Shown here: positions 56,843 through 64,000 of the stretch, in pieces
Position numbering within the stretch: the first letter of the stretch is position 1
Layout: each line of letters starts with the position of its first letter
IMG/VR virus record: IMGVR_UViG_3300027754_000074
DNA: 64,000 nucleotides
Strand: one strand, 5' to 3'
Source: an uncultured virus (IMG/VR IMGVR_UViG_3300027754_000074)
Taxonomy: Duplodnaviria > Heunggongvirae > Uroviricota > Caudoviricetes
The notes under the pieces: model-generated
Told to the model about the DNA's origin: nothing
Database searches by the model: none
What the model saw: only the letters and a program-made list of their open reading frames with translations
Program-made: the position numbers and the translations under genes

Positions 56843-58021
56843 ATGTACCGCCGTAACGCTTCCGCCTCATCCTCCGTACTCGACGCCGCACGCGCCGTCG
56901 CGGATCTTTCGCGCACCCTGACCGCCTCCTATGTGAGCGCCCGCCTGTCCACGCTGGGCGGGGAAAACAGGGCTTCTACCATAATCACCGTTAGTCTCGA
57001 CCCCAAGAGCGCGTGGACTAACGGCGTCCTCCAGAATAGCCGTTATGCGTTGTTTTCGGTGCATCCGGCGGATGGGACTATCGAGCTTTTTTCGGGCTCC
57101 GGAATCCCGAAGTTTCGCAAGGCTCAATTCAAGACGCCTGCGGAAGCCGTCGCCAAGATCGAAGCGTGGGTGGGGAAGGCGCGGATGTCGGCGCGCAGCA
57201 ACCCCCGCGTGCCGCGCACCCTCCACCCCGGCAAGGGCACCTACGGAGCCTACCGCCGCCGGCCCGGCCCTCAATGGGATGCTAACTTTACCGACGAGGA
57301 AAAGCGCAACTGGCGGCTGTTCTACCATTCGCCGCAGGGTCGGGCAACGCAGAAAGCACTACTTACGGCGCGTGGCCCCGACGAAACCGCTCACTTCCGG
57401 TCGGAGAACCCCGCACACGCTCCGCGCCATAATCCCGGCTTCGGGGACTACCTCGCCGCCGGTCGCCGGCACCTCGCTACCGGCTTGACGAAAGCGGCGG
57501 AAGAGGCGCAGCGCGCCGCCGAGCGCGCCCGTGCCGCCGCCGACCGCGAAGCCAAGCGCCGCCAATGTGACGCCCCGACCCCGGAGCAGGCGATCCGCGT
57601 GCTGGCACAGGCGGTAGGCGTGGCGAAGCTGAACCCCCGCAAGAAAACCCCTTATGGCCCCAAGTTCAACCGCGACGGAACCGTTACGCTGTGGGATGTC
57701 TACACCCAAAGTTGGGATCGTACCTCTCAACCCAGCGACCGCGATCTTGCCTCGCTGGACGCCGCAGAGCGCGCCCGTGTTATCCGGCACTTGAAGCTAA
57801 ACCCCCGCAAGAACGCCGGGCAGAACGCGCCGGGCCTTTATCCAATTTCCAGCCTAAAAAAAGGCGAATTCTTCAAGCGTAAGCCGGATGCGCGCAAGGT
57901 TTACGTCAAAGGCGACTATGACCGCTCGGAGCGCACCTACACGGGGACGGACACGGAAGACATTAGCCGGGCTATCTACCTCAAAGGCACTACCCGCGTA
58001 TACGTCGGCTTCGACTACTAG
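56843..58021 (+). CDS. Multidomain RxN polyprotein (MYRRNASASS leader)
   Basis: RSNP, SENP, RHNP, KLNP, KLNPRKNA linkers. Confidence 0.8.
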   Translation: MYRRNASASSSVLDAARAVADLSRTLTASYVSARLSTLGGENRASTIITVSLDPKSAWTNGVLQNSRYALFSVHPADGTIELFSGSGIPKFRKAQFKTPAEAVAKIEAWVGKARMSARSNPRVPRTLHPGKGTYGAYRRRPGPQWDANFTDEEKRNWRLFYHSPQGRATQKALLTARGPDETAHFRSENPAHAPRHNPGFGDYLAAGRRHLATGLTKAAEEAQRAAERARAAADREAKRRQCDAPTPEQAIRVLAQAVGVAKLNPRKKTPYGPKFNRDGTVTLWDVYTQSWDRTSQPSDRDLASLDAAERARVIRHLKLNPRKNAGQNAPGLYPISSLKKGEFFKRKPDARKVYVKGDYDRSERTYTGTDTEDISRAIYLKGTTRVYVGFDY

Positions 58022-58055
58022 CCCGTTTCCCGCCCGGAGGCGTTAGGCTCTCGCT

Positions 58056-58577
58056 ATGACCACCGCTACCGCCGTTTTTACCGCCCCCGTCTCCGATACC
58101 GCTGAAGCCCGCGTCACGCGGGATGAGCCTATCGTGCGCGAAATGGTGCAATCCCTCGAAGTGGCGATAGCTCGGTGCGCGCTCGATCCGGAGCGGGACG
58201 CCCTCGAAGAGCGGGCGATCCTCAAAGCGGTACGGCTACTCGACAAGCACCTGAGCGACGTGTTCGGGCCGGATAGCGTGCGCGCCGCCTTCCGGCAGGC
58301 GTTGTACGCGCTGGGCGACCTCCGGGCGACCCGTACCCCGTTCCTGCTCTCCGACGACGTGACCGTGCTGTGGATTGACCTCTACCCGGCAGCGGGCGAA
58401 GACGGGCGAGCCGCGCACGTCTACCTCGACGCCGACCGGGTGACGCTGAAGGCGCGGGCGCGCTGGGCGCGCATCGCTCCGAAACCGACCAAAGCCGTAG
58501 CCGCGCCGATCCTCCCCGACATCCTGACCGCTCCGAAGCCCCCGCGCCCCTCGAAGCGCATGGAGAGTAGCCCGTGA
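58056..58577 (+). CDS. Hypothetical protein
   Basis: 173 aa, coupled to next gene. Confidence 0.65.
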   Translation: MTTATAVFTAPVSDTAEARVTRDEPIVREMVQSLEVAIARCALDPERDALEERAILKAVRLLDKHLSDVFGPDSVRAAFRQALYALGDLRATRTPFLLSDDVTVLWIDLYPAAGEDGRAAHVYLDADRVTLKARARWARIAPKPTKAVAAPILPDILTAPKPPRPSKRMESSP

Positions 58578-59428
58578 ACGAAATCCAACCGCTGATCATG
58601 CCCGCAGGCGTCACGGCTACCCCCGTGACCCTCGATCCGCCGAAGACCTACCACCTCCCCAATTGGGGGCGGATGTCCGATCCGGATCGCCTAAAGTTTC
58701 TCCGCTCGGTCGCGGAGCAACGCGGGCGCGACCCCCGGATCCGTGAGCTTGCGTTCACGTTGATCGCCGGCACGCAGGAACGCGACTACCCGGCGCAAGC
58801 CGCCCGCCTCCTGAAAGCGGTGCAACCCGGCGGCCCTCTCATGGCTTACGTCAATGAGCCGGGCGAGGTATTGCAGGATCCGATCTACACCCTGAAGGTA
58901 AAGGCCGGCGATTGCGACGATGCCGCCTTGCTTTTGTCGTCTCTTTTCGAGGCGCTTCGGATGCCTTGGCGCTACGTCCTCTCCGGCATGAACCCGATCA
59001 CAAAAGAGCGGGTTCGCTGGGTAGAAGGTACGCCGTACCCGCACGGCGTCCGCTGGGCGCACATTTACACGCGGGTAGGCTGGCCGGTCTTCGCGCCGAA
59101 AACGTGGGCGTGGGCGGAGCCGACCGTCCGTAACGCCCCCCTCGGCTGGGACGTGACCGGGCACATGGAACGCACCGGGCAAGCCGGCTTGCCGGAGCTT
59201 GGAGACGCGGGCGCTCCGGCGCTCCCCGTGAGCAACGCCCCCGTGACGATTACCGCCCCGCCGTCTGCTCTCCGCGACATCGCTACCCGCATCGGCGGCA
59301 GCGTGGCAGGTAGCGGGCAGCGGGGGCTTGTGGAGACGGTGCTCCTCAGCGTGGCGGCTACCGTGCTCGCTACCGCCGTGCTCGACTACCTACGCGCCCG
59401 CAAAGTGATCCCGACGCCCTCCCGATAG
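58574..59428 (+). CDS. Transglutaminase-like (papain-fold) protein with C-terminal TM helix
   Basis: YVNEP, GDCDD, WAHIY, AEPT; hydrophobic C-terminus. Confidence 0.8.
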   Translation: MNEIQPLIMPAGVTATPVTLDPPKTYHLPNWGRMSDPDRLKFLRSVAEQRGRDPRIRELAFTLIAGTQERDYPAQAARLLKAVQPGGPLMAYVNEPGEVLQDPIYTLKVKAGDCDDAALLLSSLFEALRMPWRYVLSGMNPITKERVRWVEGTPYPHGVRWAHIYTRVGWPVFAPKTWAWAEPTVRNAPLGWDVTGHMERTGQAGLPELGDAGAPALPVSNAPVTITAPPSALRDIATRIGGSVAGSGQRGLVETVLLSVAATVLATAVLDYLRARKVIPTPSR

Positions 59429-59463
59429 TGGCGGGTGCGCGTGCGCGTGCATATACGCATCGT

Positions 59464-59820
59464 ATGTCACACGCTTTTGTAGAGCTTCCGGAATGGATCA
59501 ATCAAAACACCGTCGAAGAGGCGTACCGCCTGTGCAAAATGGCGCAGGAAGGTCGCCGCCAATCGCTCGCTAACGCCGGGATGCGCGCCGCTCGCGCCCG
59601 TGACGCCCGGTTGCTAAAAGCGCTCGAAGGGGGCGCGGAAGTTTTGCACCGGATGAGCGAGCGCCAATTGGGCGGTACGTTCAACGTCGGGGGGCTTCGG
59701 GTACAGTCTACCGAATTCCAATTGTGGCGCAACGCTTACGAGCGCGCCGACGAAGGCGTAGCGGACGGTCACTATGAATGGATCTACGGCGCGGCGGCGC
59801 TGCTTGCGGGGCTCGCCTAA
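59464..59820 (+). CDS. Hypothetical protein
   Basis: Open frame; start uncertain. Confidence 0.6.
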   Translation: MSHAFVELPEWINQNTVEEAYRLCKMAQEGRRQSLANAGMRAARARDARLLKALEGGAEVLHRMSERQLGGTFNVGGLRVQSTEFQLWRNAYERADEGVADGHYEWIYGAAALLAGLA

Positions 59821-59880
59821 GCCCTTTCCGGCGCGTTTGGAGCGCGGGGGGTGCCACGGCTCCGGTTACGCCCGCCGGTG

Positions 59881-59922
59881 AGCTTCCCGGTTTATTTTAC
59901 CGGTAGAATGTTTCGCCCTTCT
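59881..59922. repeat. 42-bp palindrome family, copy 10
   Basis: AGCTTCCCGGTTTATTTT-ACCGGT-AGAAT. Confidence 0.85.
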
Positions 59923-60019
59923 CTCTGGAGCGTAGGGGGGTAGCTCTGGGGTGTAGCACGTTTCTACGTTGCCCCGCAGGGCCATAAACGGTACTCTCTC
60001 GCACTTAGCGGAGTGTGCT

Positions 60020-60613
60020 GTGATCCCTTTTTCCCCTACCGTGGCCGCCTTGATCGCAGCCGCCGGTGAGATCGTGCCGTCTACCTTGGCCGGTCGCATC
60101 GCCCTACTCGACCGCCGCGCCGGAATTGAGCGCGCCGCCGCCGCCAAAGCCGTCCGCGAGCACAAGCCGGGATGGCGCGTCACGCGCACGTTTCACCTGA
60201 CCCGCTCGCGCTATCTGGAGCAGGAAGCGGTGCGCCTCCGCGCCATTCTGGCCCGTCAGTCGCGCCCCGCGCCCTTCCGCCCGCGCCCGTTGGTGACACC
60301 TTCGAGCTTCCGCCCCGGCTACCGCCCCCCTCCGCCCGCGTACTACGCGCCGCCCGTCTACACCCCGCCCGTGCGCCCCGCTCCCCTGTTCGCGCCGGGC
60401 GTCTATGGCCCCTCGGCGGAGATGGAAGAGGCCGCCCCCGCCGTTATGGAACCGTCCACCATCGCGCAGCAAGAGAACGCCTCCGCCCTCCCCGATGTCG
60501 GGCCGTGGTACACCCGCCCGCTCGGCGTGGGCGCGCTGGTGTTCGGCGGCGTGGTTGCCGTGATCGCCCTCCGCAAGAAGGGCAAGAAGGGCAAGGCGGA
60601 TAAAGCGGCATGA
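60020..60613 (+). CDS. Putative virion membrane protein (C-terminal TM + basic tail)
   Basis: GGAG RBS; VYGP; LGVGALVFGGVVAVIAL-RKKGKK. Confidence 0.75.
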   Translation: MIPFSPTVAALIAAAGEIVPSTLAGRIALLDRRAGIERAAAAKAVREHKPGWRVTRTFHLTRSRYLEQEAVRLRAILARQSRPAPFRPRPLVTPSSFRPGYRPPPPAYYAPPVYTPPVRPAPLFAPGVYGPSAEMEEAAPAVMEPSTIAQQENASALPDVGPWYTRPLGVGALVFGGVVAVIALRKKGKKGKADKAA

Positions 60614-60870
60614 GCTTTAGTTCTGCGAGCCTCCTACCCCTCGGCGTCAAGCTGGCCGATTTGGTCAAGTCCGCCGTCGATCAATACGCCGTCCTGAAGG
60701 GCGCGGGGATTGAAGTCAGCGCGGACGTGCTCGGCGCGTTCCTACTGGCGAAAATGGACGGGTGGGCTCCCACCGTAGCCGGTCGCCGGGTACTCTCTGA
60801 CGACGAGACGCGCACCGCTTTTGCACGGGCGCTTGCCGGTATCGCCTTCGACCTTTCACGCGGAACGTGA
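60610..60870 (+). CDS. Small hypothetical protein
   Basis: ATGA coupling. Confidence 0.65.
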   Translation: MSFSSASLLPLGVKLADLVKSAVDQYAVLKGAGIEVSADVLGAFLLAKMDGWAPTVAGRRVLSDDETRTAFARALAGIAFDLSRGT

Positions 60871-60873
60871 TCT

Positions 60874-61839
60874 ATGTACGGTACAACCTCTGATTCGATG
60901 TTCGGTGACGATGGGATGTTCGCGGGCGATTACGGCGCTCCGCCGGCTATGCCCGCGTCCGGTATTCCGCAGGTGCCGGGTACGGTGATCTCCGCTGAAG
61001 CCGCGTTGCCGCCGGGCGTCAAGGCGCAGCCGGGTACGGTCATTGTGAGTCAGACACCGCTCCCGGCGGGCGTCAAGGCGCAGCCGGGTACGGTCGTGGT
61101 CGCGGATGTCTCCGCAGCCCCCCGCGTGCCGGAGTTCGCCACCGTGCGCCCTCTGTCCACCGTAGGACGTGGCGGGCGCTCGATCAATGGGGGGCTCCCG
61201 CCTCTCCCGGCGGGGCAACCTCCCGGCATTGACACAACGCTGTGGATGACCGGAGGCGGTACGAATATGCCCCTACCGGGCCGCCCTGTAGGCTCGACAC
61301 CCTACCCCTACGATATGCAGCGTTTTCGCGGCGAGACGGTCGGGAGCTACTTCGGGCAGATGAAACCCGGTATGGATTACTGGTCAGGAACCGACGTTAC
61401 CTACCGCGACGTGAAGAGCCTAAACTACGCGACGGACGGCTACGTTTACCGGCTCTACAACGATCCGGCGCAGTCTATCGACGTGATCAAGGCCGGGAAG
61501 GTCGTAGCCAAGCGGATCACCGCCGCGTCCAGCCCGGCGGCGTACAAAGCCATTATGGACGAAGTACAGGGCAAGAAGCGGGTAGACCCCGCGCTGCTGA
61601 TTGCGGCGATCAACGCAGGTACGATCATCGGCGTAGCCGCCGTAAGCGCCCTCGCCCCGAAGCCAAAGCGGCGTAAGGCGTTCGAGGCGTCCGCAGCCGC
61701 CGCGCCCGTCGCGGAGCCCGTCTCGACGGGGATCCCGACGTGGGTATGGGTTGCAGGCGGCGGCGTCGTGCTCGCCGGTATCGGCCTTATGGTGTTCGGT
61801 CGTCACTCCGAGCCCGAAAAGGCGAAGGGCGCGGCCTAA
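60874..61839 (+). CDS. Putative virion membrane protein
   Basis: MYG, DYGAPP; GVKAQPGTV repeat; WVWVAGGGVVLAGIGLMVFG. Confidence 0.8.
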   Translation: MYGTTSDSMFGDDGMFAGDYGAPPAMPASGIPQVPGTVISAEAALPPGVKAQPGTVIVSQTPLPAGVKAQPGTVVVADVSAAPRVPEFATVRPLSTVGRGGRSINGGLPPLPAGQPPGIDTTLWMTGGGTNMPLPGRPVGSTPYPYDMQRFRGETVGSYFGQMKPGMDYWSGTDVTYRDVKSLNYATDGYVYRLYNDPAQSIDVIKAGKVVAKRITAASSPAAYKAIMDEVQGKKRVDPALLIAAINAGTIIGVAAVSALAPKPKRRKAFEASAAAAPVAEPVSTGIPTWVWVAGGGVVLAGIGLMVFGRHSEPEKAKGAA

Positions 61840-62171
61840 TGCCCCCCGCCTTCGATACCGGGCGGGCTTACGGTGCGTTCGATGTGAGCACTATCGATCC
61901 AACCGTGCTGGTAGAGCTTGTCAAAAGCACTACCGCTATCACCACCACAGGTATCAAAACGGCGGCGGAGTTAGCCGCCGCGAAACGGGAAAAGGACGCT
62001 AAAAAGAAGAAAACCTCTTCCGCCCCCGCCCCTTCCCCCGTGGTCGTCGCCGCCGCCCCGCGCTCCGCCGTCCCCGGCTGGGCTATCGGGCTGGGCGCGG
62101 TCGCCGTGGTCGGCGTCGTAGGTCTGATCCTGTTTTTGCCGAAGGCGGCTCCCGCGAGGACGAAACGATGA
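61839..62171 (+). CDS. Putative virion membrane protein
   Basis: AYGAFD; C-terminal TM; TAATG coupling. Confidence 0.75.
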   Translation: MPPAFDTGRAYGAFDVSTIDPTVLVELVKSTTAITTTGIKTAAELAAAKREKDAKKKKTSSAPAPSPVVVAAAPRSAVPGWAIGLGAVAVVGVVGLILFLPKAAPARTKR

Positions 62172-62749
62172 ATCTTTACCTCCCCTTCCCTCCCCCCGGA
62201 AAAACGGAGCCCGCTACGGGCAACGTCCGCGTGGTCTATGGGCCTAACGGTCGCCGCCGTAAAACCATGCTGCTCCGCCGCGTGGCGCAGCCGCCGCAGC
62301 CGGTCGTGATCACCCCGTCCCCCTACATCATCGCGTGGGGCGCGACGGACAACCGCGCCACCGAAGCCTCGAACCGGGGGCCGGAGCCCTTCGAGGATCA
62401 GTTTCAAGCGTACCTGCCTACCGCCGTGCAGGCGGTCAGCGCCCTAACGGAAGGGGACGCCCGCACGCAGGTAAATCTGCTTGAAACGAAGATCCGCAAC
62501 TACGAAAACATGAAGCGGACGCCCCCGTACAACGTCGTGCCCGGCACGCTTTGGTACGACAACGAGATCGCCAAAATGCGCGCCCGCTTGATCGCCGCCC
62601 GGCAAAAGCTCGCCCTCACCCGCGAGGGGGAAAGCGCGACCCGCGATTGGCGCAACCTCGGACAAACGGCGCTCGGCGTCGGCATCGTCGCCGGTGTCGC
62701 GTTGGTCATGCTCACCCTTGCGGGCACCGCTCGCGTAGCACGGCGGTAA
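62168..62749 (+). CDS. Putative virion membrane protein
   Basis: VYGP, AWGA; C-terminal TM. Confidence 0.75.
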   Translation: MNLYLPFPPPGKTEPATGNVRVVYGPNGRRRKTMLLRRVAQPPQPVVITPSPYIIAWGATDNRATEASNRGPEPFEDQFQAYLPTAVQAVSALTEGDARTQVNLLETKIRNYENMKRTPPYNVVPGTLWYDNEIAKMRARLIAARQKLALTREGESATRDWRNLGQTALGVGIVAGVALVMLTLAGTARVARR

Positions 62750-62751
62750 CC

Positions 62752-63189
62752 ATGTTCGACGCTTACGGAGCCCCCGCCCTTACCCCCGCCTGCGCCGCCC
62801 TGCTGGCGCAGCGAAAAGCCGCGCTGCGCGAAATGGCACGCTCCCCCTTGTTTAGCCCCCGCCGGAGAGCGGCGGAGAAAGAAGCGAACCGCTTAGGGAA
62901 GCTCTACAACGCTTGCAAGCGAGCGGCGCACAAAGCCAAAGTGGAAGCCCGGAAAGCGAGCGCGATCCGTTCGAGCCGCCCGGCCCCCGCTCCCGAAGCG
63001 GAGCCCCCGGACGTGCCCGAAGTGGTGGATACCCCCGCCGGGATCGTCGCGGCCCCCTCTGGCCCGTCTACTACCGTGCTCGTCGTGGGCGGCGTAGCCG
63101 CGCTGGCTATCGTGGGCGCGCTCCTGTTCGCCGGCAAGGGCGGCGGATCGGCCCCCGTCAGCTACACGTCGCAGCGGAGGCGCAAATGA
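62752..63189 (+). CDS. Putative virion membrane protein
   Basis: MFDAYGAP; C-terminal TM. Confidence 0.75.
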   Translation: MFDAYGAPALTPACAALLAQRKAALREMARSPLFSPRRRAAEKEANRLGKLYNACKRAAHKAKVEARKASAIRSSRPAPAPEAEPPDVPEVVDTPAGIVAAPSGPSTTVLVVGGVAALAIVGALLFAGKGGGSAPVSYTSQRRRK

Positions 63190-63824
63190 CGACCCAATTT
63201 CTCCCCCTCGGATATGGGGCTCCGCCTCCGGAGGTCGCGGACTACTCGACGGACACCGAAAATATGGCTCGCGGGCGCGCTGGGCGCAAGGCCGCCGTAG
63301 GCGTGGCTATGTCCGCAAGCTCCCTCGTACTCAGCGCCGCTATTGGCACGGCGGCTATCCCTGCGGTGCCGTGGACGCAGATCGCCGCCGCCGTAGGTGT
63401 CGCCGTCGCTGGGTGTCTCGCCGCCGGAGAGGCTATCGGAGCGCGCAACGAGAAAATCCTACGCGGCGACGAATCCGCGATTGTGCCCTTCATAAAGGCG
63501 GTTTCGCGCTGGAAGTCTGACAAGCGCAAGAAGGTCGCGGAGCGCCTGCTAAAAGAGTATCAAAACCACCTCCAACACGAAAAGACCGGCGTGTTTGCGA
63601 AGGCGTGGCGGATCCGGAAAAACGCGCTCGCTATGAAAATGGGCGCGTTGTACGCTGCGGAATCGCATAATCGGCGTAAGCCAAACGTCGCCCTCGACCC
63701 CGCCGGCCCGACCCCCGCACAGGTAGAGGCGGAGCCGGAGATCCCCGCGTGGGTGTGGGTGGGCGGCGGAGTCGCCGTTTTCGCTATCATCGGTGCCGCC
63801 GTAGCGCGGCGGAGGTCGTCGTGA
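63186..63824 (+). CDS. Putative virion membrane protein
   Basis: LGYGAPP; WVWVGGGVAVFAIIGAAVA. Confidence 0.75.
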   Translation: MTTQFLPLGYGAPPPEVADYSTDTENMARGRAGRKAAVGVAMSASSLVLSAAIGTAAIPAVPWTQIAAAVGVAVAGCLAAGEAIGARNEKILRGDESAIVPFIKAVSRWKSDKRKKVAERLLKEYQNHLQHEKTGVFAKAWRIRKNALAMKMGALYAAESHNRRKPNVALDPAGPTPAQVEAEPEIPAWVWVGGGVAVFAIIGAAVARRRSS

Positions 63825-64000
63825 ACACTTACGGAAACATCCTTACTTGTCACTTCGGAACGTACAATACCTGCGCGTGGGAAGAGAGCGCGAAGGTGCG
63901 TACCTACGGCGATTTTCTGCTGCTGGCGGCTACGGCGCTGAAAATGGCGAATCTGTCCGCTATGGCCGCCGCCCCCGAAAAGGTGCTCGACGGCAGCGGG
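63821..64000 (+). CDS. 3'-truncated ORF continuing the cluster
   Basis: GGAGG RBS, GTGA overlap, MNTYGN..RTYGD, open to window end. Confidence 0.65.
   Translation, partial: MNTYGNILTCHFGTYNTCAWEESAKVRTYGDFLLLAATALKMANLSAMAAAPEKVLDGSG

Overview
The whole window reads as part of a large, GC-rich bacterial virus genome. Genes lie almost all on the + strand and are translationally coupled; I see no host housekeeping genes, RNA genes or CRISPR array. Modules: (i) 1-24 kb and 56-58 kb, multidomain ORFs punctuated by a recurring R-x-N-(P/A/G/T) peptide, carrying DarA-C-like, DdrB/ParB-like, SNF2, kinase-like and tyrosine-recombinase domains; (ii) 26-43 kb, replication genes (Dda/RecD-like helicase, RuvC-like resolvase, primase-helicase, PD-(D/E)xK nuclease, SF2 helicase, SSB-like protein, family A polymerase) around a ~440-bp imperfect inverted repeat; (iii) a DNA methyltransferase and spike/fibre-like genes; (iv) 58-64 kb, a transglutaminase-like protein and a run of mostly C-terminally membrane-anchored proteins sharing a YG(A/P) motif, suggesting a tailless membrane-containing virion. 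No capsid, portal, terminase or tail gene is recognisable here. The two strongest unexplained signals are the RxNP polyprotein punctuation and ten copies of a 42-bp palindrome spaced every 4.8-6.9 kb. All family calls come from reading motifs by eye, not from database searches.
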